Assembly (NCBI GenBank): GCA_025594325.1
Contig: JANHCV010000015.1
Location: 868,001-932,000 of the forward strand
Reading direction: 5' to 3'
DNA length: 64,000 nucleotides
Origin: Blastocladiella emersonii ATCC 22665
Taxonomy: Eukaryota; Fungi; Blastocladiomycota
Below, in pieces: positions 23,271 to 34,715 of this stretch (position 1 is its first letter; each line of letters opens with the position of its first letter). A model generated the notes under the pieces. The model did no database searches and was not told the origin of the DNA. It saw nothing but the letters and a program-made list of their open reading frames with translations. The position numbers and the translations under genes are program-made.

Positions 23271-24886
23271 ATGTCCGTCAACGGCGAGCCCATCACCGAC
23301 CGCCCACTCGAGCAGTCGTCGCTGTTCATCGGTGCGTCGCTCTCCGCCCCCTCTCCCCTCTCATGCAGCTCATGGATACTGAACTGATACCCACCCCTGT
23401 GCGTATGCAGGCCGCCTCGACCCCGAGGTCCGCCCGCGCGACCTCGAGGACCACTTCGGCACCTACGGCCGCATCAAGCGGTGCGAGGTCAAGCGCGGCG
23501 GCTACGCCTTCCTCGAGTTCGAGAAGGGCGAGGATGCCCGTGCTGCCCTCAAGGAGGACGGCGCTCTCCTGCTCGGCGAGCGCATCGCCGTCATGATTGC
23601 CAAGGTATGCGCTCTGCACCTCCCCATGTGCCCGCTGCGAGCCCCCGTCTGCCGCTCTGCCGATCTTTGCGCTACGCTGCCTATCTCCATCCGCTTCGCC
23701 TTCCCACCCGCCCACCGCCGCTCGTCCTGCTTCTCTTCCGCTGCAGCCCTTGCCCGCCTAGATGCGCTCGTGTCAAGGAGCAAGGTCTGCTGGAAGTGTG
23801 CGTCGTGTGCAGACCAAGCTCTCGTTTGGACGGCCCGATGCGTGTTCGTGTGTGTGGATGACCCGTGCTAAGCGACCAAGCAGCAGAGCAAGTTCCCCGA
23901 TCCCGATCCCTACCCCTCGTCCAACCCTCCCCTTTCTCTGCACCCCTTCGCCCGCCTGCTTGCCAAGTCTCTCGGGCTCGGTGCGGCTACCTCACCAAGG
24001 TCGGTCACCCAGCGGCAGTGGCAAGTCCTGTGCAGCTCTGCCCATCCCCGTCGTGCAGCCCAAGCGCAGCGCTAAGCAGCAGCGAGTGTGGTCGGCCCGC
24101 GCCAAGCAGTAGAAGTAGAAGAAGTCGCTAACGATCCGCCCGCTCCGCATGTCGCACCCGCTAACCTCTACCCACCCTACTCTGTGATTCGCTCTTGACT
24201 TGACAGGCTCGTCAGGCTGCTCCCGGCTCTGACGCTTGGTACGCCTCCTCTAATCGGCGTCGCTACTGATGTGCCCGACACTGACGCTGACCTTCCCACC
24301 CGTGTATAGCTTCCGCTGTGGCTCGACCGAGCACTGGTCGCGCAGCTGCCCGAAGCGCTCCGAGGACCGCGGTCTCGGCCTGGCCCGCTGGACGCGCAAC
24401 ACGCGCCGCAGCTCGCGTTCGCGCTCGCCGCCTCCGCGCGGCGGCCGGTCGCGCCGCTACTCGCGTTCGCGGTCCCGCTCGCGCTCGCGGTCCCCGGTCC
24501 GCAGCAGCCGGCGCCGCCGCTACTCGCGGTCGCGGTCGCGTTCGCGCTCGCGCTCGCGGGACCGCCGGTCCTCGCCCCGCCACCGCTCGCCGTCGCGGTC
24601 CCGTTCGCGGTCGCGTGACCGTCGTTCGTCGCGTCGCGACCGCGACCGCTCGCGCACCCGGTCCCGCTCGCCCCGCCGCTCGTCCCGCCGCGACTCGCGG
24701 TCCCGGTCCCGGTCGCGCGACCGCTCGCGCTCCCGCGACAACCACCGGCGCCGGTCCCGCTCGCGCTCGGCCTCGGCTGACCGCTCCCGCCGCCACCGCT
24801 CGCCGTCGCCCGTCGACGAGCCCCGCGGCCGCAGCCGCACCCCGGTGCCCCGCCGCGACCGGTCCATGAGCGTGGACCGCAAGTGA
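23271..24886 (+). CDS. SR splicing factor: RRM, CCHC zinc knuckle and RS domain (SRSF7/9G8-like; 4 exons)
   Basis: RRM SLFIG|RL…GYAFLEF; knuckle AC|FRCGSTEHWSRSC; long RS tail. Introns at 23332-23410, 23605-24206 and 24239-24309. Confidence 0.9.
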
Positions 24887-25183
24887 GCGGGTGGGCTCGC
24901 GCGTGCGTGGAGCTCGCTGGTGGACCCGACGATGACGATGACGACCTTCCCCTATCTTTATTCATTTGCCGTTCCCCTCCCTCCCCCTCGGTATTGACTC
25001 GACCGGTCTTCTCACTTGTTGCCGGACTGGCTTGATACATGTCCTCTACTTGATCCTGGCGCGACCATCGAACCGAGGATGAGCAGCTGCGAGACATCAC
25101 GTGTGGGCTGCAGCCGACGCGTTTTGACGCGATCTGCTTGACCCGCGCTTCGCGGAGACACCGACCCGCGACATGAACGGCAC

Positions 25184-28100
25184 ATGGAGCATATCATGAA
25201 CGCGAGGCGACCCGCGGCAACGCCATCTCGCCGTCGAGTCGGATGTGACCCACAGCAAACACGCTGGCGGCGCGGGCTGCCGCTGGCGGCGGTCGCGCTG
25301 TTGCTTGCAGCCGTCGTGACCCTCCTCGCGGGAACCCCGGTCCGCGCGGCGGCGGCCTCGACCGCGGCAGTCGTGGCGCCGTACAACCTGACGCTCGGCG
25401 TGCTGTTCCCCATGTCGGACCCGGACAGCGGGTGGAACGTCGAGTTCTACGCGGCACTCGACGGGTTCAAGTACGCCATCGGTGACGCACAGGCCGCGGG
25501 GTTCCTCCCCGGCGCCAACGTGTCGCTGCAGACGGTCGACTCCTACAGCGCTGTTGACACGTCCGGGAGCAAGTCTATCTTTGGCGCGCTGAGTACGGAT
25601 GCTCCTTGGTGGGGTCGTTCGGCCGTGGCGCTCACTGCACCGCCATCCGTGTGTAGACCTGTTACAGGCCGGTGTCGCGGGTATCTTCGGCGAGGCCTTC
25701 TCGGACAACTCGAAGCGCGTCGCGTCCATCACGGGCGTCGTCACGATCCCGCAGTGCTCGCCCTTCTCGTCGACGAGCGACCTCAGCGACAAGTCGCGGT
25801 ACCCGTCCTTCTTCCGCACCGCCGTCACGGGCAACAGCATCGCCCTGATCCTCAACAACGCCCTGACCATGTTCAAATGGCGGCGCGTTGCTATCCTCGC
25901 CGAGTCCGGGAGCAACTTCATCGACACGCGTACGCTTTCTCGCCGACGTAAACCGCTTCCCACGCGATCACTGACTTTCAAGTGTAGTCGCGCAAGAGTT
26001 TATCGGCCTCGCGACCAACTCGCAGGTCGACATCACCGCGCAGCTGTCGATCAGCCCGACGACCAACGCCGCCGACATCATTGCCGCGCTGACGAGCACC
26101 GACACGCGGATCGTCGCGTTCCTGCACTACTCGGCGGCGGTCGTCAACGTGGTCAATGAGCTGTACCGCAGCGGGTGGCTGTCCGAGAACAAGGTGCTGC
26201 TGACCGTCAACGACCTGGGCGGGACGCTGTGCGCGTCGAACGTGACGCTGTGCGAGCGCGTGCTCGCCCGCACGCCCATCTTCGGCGGCGACATGGTGAC
26301 CAAGGACGGCCAGGTGTGGCGCGACTTTCTCGCCAAGTACGCGGCGCAGAACGGCGGCAGCGCCGACGCGTACCCGTACCGCATGGCGACCAGCTTCGGC
26401 CGCGCGTACGGGTGCGCGTACGGGCTGACGGCGGGCCTGCACCGCCTCGTCGAGCGCAACGGCGGGAACTGGACCCAGCTCGCGGTTCAGGACCCCGCGC
26501 TGTTCCGCAACCTCAACATGGCGCTGTTCAACATCTCGACGGCCGACGGCGCGCCGCAGAACTACTACATTGACGCCAACGGCGACCCCATGTTCGACAC
26601 GTACAAACTGTACTCGGCGAAATACGTCTCGGGCACGACCGAGAACTACGTCCTCAACTACACGACCAACTACCTGCTGCTGTCGAACCGGTCCATGGTC
26701 AACGTCACGGCGTACCCGTTCGCCAACAACGGCGAGGTCCCGCTCGACGGGCCGATCCGCGTCCTGACCAACCTGCAGTGGGACACGGCCGGCGGGATCG
26801 CGCTGCTGTGCCTGTGCACGTTCACGGCGGTCCTCGTCATCGTCTCGACGGGCGTCTTCTGGGTGCACCGCGACCACCCCGAGGTCCGCGCCACGTCGCT
26901 CACCGCGTCCATGATGGTCAACGTGGCCGCGCTCATTGGGATCTGGTCCATCACCAGCTACGTCGGGATCCCGACCGAGGCCCAGTGCCACATCCGGTTC
27001 TGGACCACGGTCATGTCGTACGGCGTCCTGTTCAGCGGCACCCTGCCCAAGTCGCTCCGCGTCTACCGCCTCCTGTACAGCGCGGTCGGCGGCAGCGCGA
27101 CGTCGCGCTGGTTCATGACGCGCGTCATGGCCATGATCCTCCTGTGCGAGGTCGCCGGACTCGTCGTCTACTCGGTCGTCGCCGACCCGAAACCCGTCCG
27201 CGAAATCCTCTCGCTCACGTCCGCGTCCATCAGCTGCGAGGCGTCGCCCAACGGGTTCAAGTACGGCGTCGCCCCGCTCGTCGTTATCGTACGTTGCTGT
27301 CCACCCTCTCGACGTCGCGATGGCAGCTGACATGCACGCGCGCGGTCGGCGTAGAACGCGATTCTCATCCTGTGGGGGCTCTACCTCACCTTCTTCACCC
27401 GCAGGGTCAACTCCAAGTACAACGAAGCGAGTACGCTGCTCCTCCTTCCCTCCCGCTCTAGCAACTCTAACCCAGTCCCGCGAGCGTAGAGCGCATTGCA
27501 GCCACCATCTACAACAGCGCCGTGGTCGTGACCGTGACGTGTGTCTTGCTCAGCAACCTCAGCACCATGCTCTTCTTCTTCTGCGTGCTGATCTGGTACC
27601 TGGTCACGGCCGCCGCTCTGATCCTGCACGTGCCCTCGCTCATCCGCATACTGAGCACGTACACGACCGAGGACAGCTCGCACGACTTCTTCTCGCGTGT
27701 CTCGGCCACGGGCCACGTCTCGGGTGCCGCGGGCGGTGGCGGCGGCGCGGACCCCGCGCGGCCGACGGGCAGCGGGATCGGTGGGGTCGGCGGCGCCGGA
27801 GGCGGCGGGCGCGGCGCGGGCCAGCTCGGGTCGGCGCTGTCGCAGGCGTCGCAGACGGGCGCCGGGCTGCGCGGGTCGCACGCGAGCATCTCGTCGCAGG
27901 CGCAGTCGACGTACATGATGTTCGAGGTCGAGGTGCTCCCCGTGCGCATGTTCTGGTTCCTGGCCAAGTGGGAGCGCGTCGACCTGTGGTACATTGTGTC
28001 GAACCGCGACGCGATCCTGCAGATGTTCGAGTCGGGTCAGCGCGAGGACAAGCTCACGTACGGCGGGTCGTTCTCGGCCTTCGAGCTGGTCCAGGACGAG

Positions 28101-28256
28101 CTCGGGCCCTACGATAACGACTGCACGGTCCAGCTCCGCGGCGTCTCGCAGCTCCGCAGCTTTTACGTCCGGTTCGCCAACCAGGCGCAGCGCGATAAGT
28201 TTGTCGCGCTCTTCAACTCGTCGCAGCTTCTCGAGCAGGCGCCGCTTGCAAATTGA
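25184..28256 (+). CDS. Class C (GABA-B-like) GPCR: Venus-flytrap domain plus 7TM_3 (5 exons)
   Basis: Hydrophobic leader; ANF-receptor motifs LTLGVLFP, AGIFGEAFS and LSDKSRYPSFFRT; 7TM motifs HPEVRATS, CHIRFW, LPKSLRVYRL and KYNEA|KRIAATIYN. Introns at 25593-25656, 25930-25987, ~27289-27354 and ~27431-27488. Confidence 0.9.
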
Positions 28257-28274
28257 TTTGAGCAAATAGATACG

Positions 28275-28850
28275 GCCACTCGTGCTCCTCGGTCTCCCGC
28301 GTGCCTTTCAGAAATCTCAGCTTCATGCCTGTGTTTCAGCTCTGCGTGAGTGGCGCGGCGCGTTCACAATGCTCGAAGCGAGTATTCCAGGACTTAATGA
28401 CCAAACCTCGTCTCGGTTTCCCATTCTGATCTCGTTTTATCACAGCATCGCTAAAGGTCCTCAAACGCGTTGCGCCACGCAACCTCAATCTTGGAACCTC
28501 TTGATGCGCGTCCCTTAACTTGACGGTGTCATTTTACGGTAGTATAACGACTTGAGCGAGCTTCAAACAAGCGCTTTCGCCTCATGCTGGGACGGCATGG
28601 GGCTCACGCGACGGCCAATGACACGACTGCACGCTCATTTGGTGCATAATGCACTACAGACGTTCACGCGGCACAGAATAAAACAGAAGTCGTTCATATG
28701 TCCTCGCCGAGTGCGTGGTGGATCGGCGTCGAGTTGTTTAAATGGTTAGTTCCCGAGTCGAACCCTACACAGGGGGTCGGCCGGGGCGGCCTTTTTTAGT
28801 TTTGTTCCCAACGCATACTTTTGCGCAGTACTATTAGATTTCTTGAATTT
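28275..28850 (+). repeat. Left copy of a degenerate ~0.5 kb inverted repeat
   Basis: Collinear by-eye alignment to the reverse complement of ~36500-37090. The core 28706-28731 matches 36631-36656 at 25 of 26 nt. Clearest between 28430 and 28810; the ends are approximate. Confidence 0.85.
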
Positions 28851-29415
28851 TGGCAATACAAACTAAAAATTCTTTCCATGGTGACAATGGATCAGCAGGA
28901 CGGAAATGAAATGACGCGTTAGGGTGGCAAAATGGACGCGTTGCGCCACACCGGTCAGCGTGGCGGATACGGCAGGTGTCTCGGCCTCGCTCGCACCATC
29001 CTTCATCTTTCCTGTTATTGAGACACGCCTGATATGAGTCTCTTCTGCCGACGCGCTAATCGAACGCTTTCTCCGCGTCAGATGAGATCGAGTCGACCTG
29101 CAGTACCAGGGAACTATGATGTTTCAGGCGTGGAGCGCTTCATGAGCGGCACGCCCTTGATCGTGAAGCTGTCCCGACTACGGCGGTCTAAGTACCTTGA
29201 GTACTCATGCTGTCCCTGGGGTCTCTTTGACTCCACGAATTTTACCTTGCCACGCCCGCGTGATCATGGATATTTTGTCCGTGTAATGCCCCCTCCTCTA
29301 CAGTTTATATTTTGGTGCTGACAGCAAATGAATCGATCGACTGCTCTTTGGTGCGCGCACGAGAGCCGCAAACGGTGCGTTGCGCCGGGAAGAACATAGG
29401 AGAATTCCAAGAAGG

Positions 29416-31270
29416 TCAAAGTAACAGCGCGGCCAGCGGTGGACGCGCAACGCCGCGGATCTCTGGCTGCGCAGCCTGTCCGATTTGGTTATGACTCAAC
29501 AGAAGCCGGGTCAGTGCCGAGGGAGCCTTTGCAACGAGAACCAACGCGCCAGTAGGTGTGATCTCGTTGAAACTGAGGTCCAGACAAGCCAGTGTACGTG
29601 GAAGGCCGTGAGCTAGAAGGACCACGCACAGGTCGTCGACACGCGTCGAACGCAGGTACAAGCTTTTCAGGCGTGGCGGCATGTGCTTCATCAGCAGTAG
29701 AGTCTCCTTGGTCGCGAGGGGCGAACCGGAGAGATTGAGCGTGCGGAGCGAGGGCGGCAAGCGACAAAGAACCTCGCACAACAGAGCCGAGGTAAGACCA
29801 CACGCATGCAAATCGAGCTCTTCAAGCGTCGCTGGGAGACCACTGGCGAGCGCCGCAACGGCCGCATCGTCAAGCTTGACACGTGTAAGCTCGAGCTTGA
29901 TCAGCGAGGCTGGAAGTGAAGCAAATAACCGGATCGCCTCCTTAGAGTCGATATCGTTCGCCGACAGCAAAAGGCTTTTGAGTGATCGAGGAAGGGCCAG
30001 TGCGAGGGCACGGGCGCCAACAGTTCCAAGCGCGCTGCCACGCAAATCAAGGACCTTAAGCATTTCCGGAAAGCGCCAGGTTGTGGTCGACTGATCCATG
30101 GAAAGCTTACGGTTATTGCTCAGATCGAGCAGCTTGAGTGACGGAGGCAGGAGGTTTCCAACAGCAGAAAGGCCCGTAGCGCTGAAATTGTTGGCTTCCA
30201 AGCACAAAGACTCCAAGGTCTGCGGGAGGGCTCGAACGAGTTGGGCCAAGATTGGGTCGTCGAAACCACAGTGCGGAGGAGATAGCGAGCGCAATGTACT
30301 AGGCAGCTCGAAGAAGAGAAGCGCTGCTGCGTTGGGCTCATTGAGATCCGCGCCCGAGATCGTGAGATATTCGAGTCGCGAAGGCCAGCACATCGGGCTG
30401 AGAGAATTGAGCGGGACTGGGCCGGCACTGCTGAGCCAGTAGTCTTCGACAAAGGACATTTTGACGACCGATTCTGGTGCACGGATCGCGACGAGCCGGG
30501 GAAAATCAAGCGGGCACTCGTAGAATCGAATTTCTTTCAGTTGCTGAGAACTGGCCATGGCGGCATTCAGTCGCTGGATCCCACGATGAGAGACGGCCTC
30601 GTGAACCAATTTGAGCGTCTCGACAGAGCCCATCGCGATGAGGTCGCATTGTTCGTTGATGGCCTGGTCAACGTCGCCTGCGTCCTTCAAGTTCCGTAGA
30701 GTTCCGTAGTCGCGTTAGTTAGATGAGTTAGAAAAGGCCGGAAAAAGCCAAGTCAACGTACTCGATCAAGCTCGTCATGCCAACCAACCTCGCCGGATTC
30801 GTCATTGTCGTCGCTATTGTCCTGGGGTTGGTCCCCGACTTCGGCTTCGCCGGAGCTTTGGTCGTCGGGATCCCAACTGGGGACACAAAAGCCAATTGCG
30901 ACCCTGATAGATCGCTTGCGATCCAACAAATTTGAGTTCTCGAGCCACTCTTCAATATCCCAGCAACAGGCCGTTTCGCCCGTCCTGTGCCACCACTCGA
31001 CGATGTCCAAGCGACGCGATTGGATGGCCGATATTAATTCGTGAACGGGAGGCTCAAGTCTGATCCCGCTCGCAGCCCAGCGGTCGAGAACGTCGGTCCG
31101 GTCGCGCTCGGTCGCCACATCCAGCCCAAAACTTGGTACAAGTCGCAAGATCGCTCGCTCGACGTCGGGAATGAAATCTCGACGCATGACGCGGGCGTAC
31201 TGAAGCAGGATACGCTTTAGCTGACTCTCGTCCCCAGCCCCGCTGCAGCAGCTGCGGCGCCAGTCCCTCG
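29416..31270 (-). CDS. LRR family copy 3 (5' F-box-like part damaged; 2 exons)
   Basis: Exon 1 has ankyrin-like 'LDVATERDRTDVLDRWAASG…LDIVEWW' and an acidic linker, with donor GTACGT at 30761. Exon 2 (424-aa ORF) has many LP-x-x-L-x-x-L-x-L-x-x-N LRRs. No credible start codon is present. Confidence 0.75.
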
Positions 31271-31275
31271 CGTGA

Positions 31276-34197
31276 AGTCGAACGCACTTTCTCGAACATC
31301 TGCTGTTCCTGGGCACCGAAAAGTATCCCGACGAGCAAGAGTACCGCACGTACCTCGGCCGCCATGCAGGCGACTCGAATGCCTTCACGTCTGGCACCCA
31401 CACCCAGTACGTGTTCAACGTGGACGCGGCGCACCTCGAGGGCGCGCTCGACCGCTTTGCGCAGTTCTTTATCGCGCCGCGCTTCGACGCGAGCTGTGTC
31501 GAGCGCGAGCTTCATGCCATCGTTTCCGAGCACAAGGGAAACCTGCAGTCGCAGGCGCGCCAGTTTGCGCGGCTGCGCAGCTCACTCGCGGACCCGCGTC
31601 ATCCGTACTCCAAGTTTGGCACGGGCAACCTCGAGACGCTGCTGCACGCGCCCGCGAGGCGCGGGGTCGACGTGCGCGCTGCTCTCATCGACTTCTTCCA
31701 CCGCTACTACTCGGCCAACCTGATGCGGCTCGTGGTGATCGGCAAGGAGCCGCTGGACGTTCTGTGCGCGTGGGCCGCGCGCTACTTTTCGCCCATTGCC
31801 AACCTGGATCTTCCGATCCCCGAGGACGCGATTTTGGGCCACCCGTGGGCCGTGTACCCAGAGTCCTCGACGGCGCGCAAGTTAATCCGCGTCAAGTCGC
31901 CGCTCGACGGTGCGGCCCTGTACCTGCGCTGGGCGTTCCCGCAGCTCGTACATACCGAGTGGCGCTCGTCGCCGACTTGGTACCTGTGCATGCTGCTCAA
32001 CTACCGCGGGTCTGGGTCGCTCGCTGACGTCTTGCAGCAGCGCAATCTCATCACCTCGCTTGCTGCTGCACCCACGGAGACGGCGCGCCAGTTCAACTTC
32101 TTCTCCATCGGTTTGGACCTCACCGAAAAGGGCGCCGCGAACGTGGACGAGGTCGTGGGCTCCATCTTCGACTACTTGGCCCGTCTTCGAGAGCTTGCAG
32201 CCTCGCCCGACGGCCTGCCGCGCTACTTTTACGACGAGCAAAAGACCATATGCGATCTCGGGTACCGCTACACGTCGCCCGTGAACGACGTGTCGCGCGC
32301 CATGGCCATGGCTAATCTCATGCACATGCCGATCGATCCCGAGTGGATGCTTGTCGGCGACACGGTTCTGCACGAGTGGCGCCCGGAACTCGTGGCCCAG
32401 GCGCTTGCTGCTCTCACGACGGAGGTCGAGATCACGGTCACGTCGGCTTCATTCCCGGCGGACGTTGAGCTTAACCGCCGCGAGCCGTGGTACGGCACCG
32501 CGTACCGCATCGACGAGCTGCCCGAATCGCTTGCTAGCCGCATCGCGCGCGCTGCGCCGCATCCGGACCTTGACCACCCGCGGCCCAACCCGTTTGCCCC
32601 GTTAAACGCAGAGCCCGTATTTACGCTTGACGCGACCGCTGCTGCCGCGAACACCAAGTTTGATGCAGCCGAGCTTGTCCCACACGTGGTGTGGTCGTCC
32701 AAGCACTCGCGCCAGTGGCTGCAGCGGGACGGTATCTTTGGCGTTCCGCAGTCGGTCCTCATGGTGCGGCTGCGCAGCCCCGTGTGGCACGCGTCTGAGA
32801 AGAACCACGTGCTTTTTGAATTGTTCATCACGATGGCCAACAACGTCCTGACTTCAGTGCTTGCTGACGCTGCTGTCGCGGGGTACTCGGCCCAGTTTGA
32901 GGACGGACCGTTTGGTCTCGAGTTAACCGTTTCGGGATACACGGAGAAGCTGTCGCTCGTCGCCAAGGAGCTTGCTGTGACCTGGGTCGCGATTGCCTCG
33001 GGTTCCACCACCAAGTTTGACCAGTGGTTTGCCCAGGCGCAGCAGCAACTGCTTCACGCCTACTCGGATGCCAATCAATCGAGGGCGCCGCTGGATCTCG
33101 CCGCTCTCACGTTGGGACTCGCGATGCAGGCGCGTCTGGCCGACCTGCCTGGGCGGGTGGACGTGGTCCGGTCGCTCTCCGTCAATGACTTGCGCGCCTT
33201 TGCCACGGACGCGCGCGCCGCCATGTTTATCGAATCTTACGCGCTGACCAACGCGCCCGTCGACATTTATCTTGAGTGGATGGACGACTTTTTCGCTCAC
33301 CTTGGCGCGGATATGGCCGCTGATTCGAGCTCAGACTCGCCGCAGTGGTGGGCACCGCTGTCCGGCGACCAGCTCCAGTCGCTTCCTACGCTTTATCTTC
33401 CGCTCAAGAATACGGTCATGGTTGTATCCAGCTCTGCGGCCGCGACTGTATCACCTGCCGATCGCGATTCCGAGGTGCTCAACGCGGTCGTCTGGCGCGT
33501 GCAGCTTGGCGACGTGACCGACTCGCGGACGCACGCGCTGCTCGGCGTCTTTGACTTGCTGACCCAGGACACCATCTTCCACGCGCTGCGCACGCAGCGG
33601 CAGCTCGGTTACATTGTCACCAGTGGCCGGGAGCGGCACGCGTCGACCGAGCTGTTTGCCGTCAGTGTGCAGGGCGAGCTTGCGCCCGAGCTCCTCGAGG
33701 CGCATATCGAGGACGTGATTGCGCACGATGTTGCCACCGTGGTGCGCGGTCTGACCGCCGAGACGCTTACCGACCTCGTCGAGCCGCTTCTCGCGTACCT
33801 TGGCGGCGAGTACACGAACTTCAACTCGATTGCCGCTTACGCGTGGACACACCCGTTCGAGCTCGAGACGTACGACTTTGGGTGGTGGTACGACGTTGCC
33901 CAGGCCGCGCGCACACTCTGCGTCGCCGATGTCGTCGAGTTTTACGAGACCCTGATTAGTCCGGCCTCGACGTCGCGTCGCAAGCTCTCGGTCCACGTCC
34001 TCGGCGCTGCCCCTGCTGGTTGTTCTCCTGCCCATGGAGATGATTCACTAGACGTTTCCAACGCGGCTGACACCGTCAAGGTGCTGCCCAAGTCGGTGAC
34101 GCTCGCCTTGCCTGTTGAGCGAGTCGAGGAGAAGGACCTTGGCGCGTGGTGCAGCGCGGCGGAGCTCTTGCCTTCCCGCACCATCCAGCTCGAGTAA
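31276..34197 (+). CDS. M16A insulinase/IDE-like metallopeptidase (Ste23/Axl1 family), 5'-truncated
   Basis: HFLEH zinc motif at 31285-31299, then LLFLGTEKYP, SNAFT, AIVSEH (third ligand), HPYSKFGTGNLETL, REPWYGTAY and FHALRTQRQLGYIV. An in-frame TGA at 31273 lies 3 codons upstream of the motif. Confidence 0.9.
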   Translation, partial: SRTHFLEHLLFLGTEKYPDEQEYRTYLGRHAGDSNAFTSGTHTQYVFNVDAAHLEGALDRFAQFFIAPRFDASCVERELHAIVSEHKGNLQSQARQFARLRSSLADPRHPYSKFGTGNLETLLHAPARRGVDVRAALIDFFHRYYSANLMRLVVIGKEPLDVLCAWAARYFSPIANLDLPIPEDAILGHPWAVYPESSTARKLIRVKSPLDGAALYLRWAFPQLVHTEWRSSPTWYLCMLLNYRGSGSLADVLQQRNLITSLAAAPTETARQFNFFSIGLDLTEKGAANVDEVVGSIFDYLARLRELAASPDGLPRYFYDEQKTICDLGYRYTSPVNDVSRAMAMANLMHMPIDPEWMLVGDTVLHEWRPELVAQALAALTTEVEITVTSASFPADVELNRREPWYGTAYRIDELPESLASRIARAAPHPDLDHPRPNPFAPLNAEPVFTLDATAAAANTKFDAAELVPHVVWSSKHSRQWLQRDGIFGVPQSVLMVRLRSPVWHASEKNHVLFELFITMANNVLTSVLADAAVAGYSAQFEDGPFGLELTVSGYTEKLSLVAKELAVTWVAIASGSTTKFDQWFAQAQQQLLHAYSDANQSRAPLDLAALTLGLAMQARLADLPGRVDVVRSLSVNDLRAFATDARAAMFIESYALTNAPVDIYLEWMDDFFAHLGADMAADSSSDSPQWWAPLSGDQLQSLPTLYLPLKNTVMVVSSSAAATVSPADRDSEVLNAVVWRVQLGDVTDSRTHALLGVFDLLTQDTIFHALRTQRQLGYIVTSGRERHASTELFAVSVQGELAPELLEAHIEDVIAHDVATVVRGLTAETLTDLVEPLLAYLGGEYTNFNSIAAYAWTHPFELETYDFGWWYDVAQAARTLCVADVVEFYETLISPASTSRRKLSVHVLGAAPAGCSPAHGDDSLDVSNAADTVKVLPKSVTLALPVERVEEKDLGAWCSAAELLPSRTIQLE

Positions 34198-34715
34198 GCT
34201 TTAGTAATTCTTTCAAGTTGCATGTGAAATAAAATGAGATTGTTTGTCAATTGGCTGTCTCGATCCACCGCCTCCAGAGAAAGTAGCTTAGCGGGTGCGA
34301 GGTAAACCCACCTGGTGACGCGATCAACGATTGCAGAGCTGTCAGATTACGTCCAGGGATAAGCATTCTTATGGATGAAGTGCTGTCGACAAGACGGTCT
34401 CTGGATTGCTGATCCTGGAAGCTTGGGAGTAGATCCCCACGATTAGCTGCAGACATATATTGAGCTAGCTCCCCTCGTAGTTTGCGTCACGTCATGTTTG
34501 TTCCTCGGTTTCCATGAGAGTAAACGTGATTGCATCGTGAGTCTAGCTCCCTTCTTTTCTCAGACGCGGAAGGTGAACGAGACGCGTCGATCAATCATGT
34601 TTCCGCACGTGACGGCCGGGTCCCATCGCGAGTCGCGCCTGCGCTGCGAGTTGCGGCGGATCGTTTCTCTCTCCGTCGGCTTGCACGAAGAGCAACACAC
34701 CCACTAACGAATCTA

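Noticed and set aside
25978-27333. 451-aa minus-strand ORF
   Set aside because: It is antisense to the class C GPCR.
28700-28790. tRNA gene within the inverted repeat
   Set aside because: A/B-box-like words are present, but the T-stem and acceptor stem do not pair in either copy.
31276-34260. M16 gene as a processed retrocopy
   Set aside because: It is intronless and 5'-truncated, but there is no poly(A) remnant or target-site duplication after the 3' end, and intronless genes (SER1) occur here anyway.
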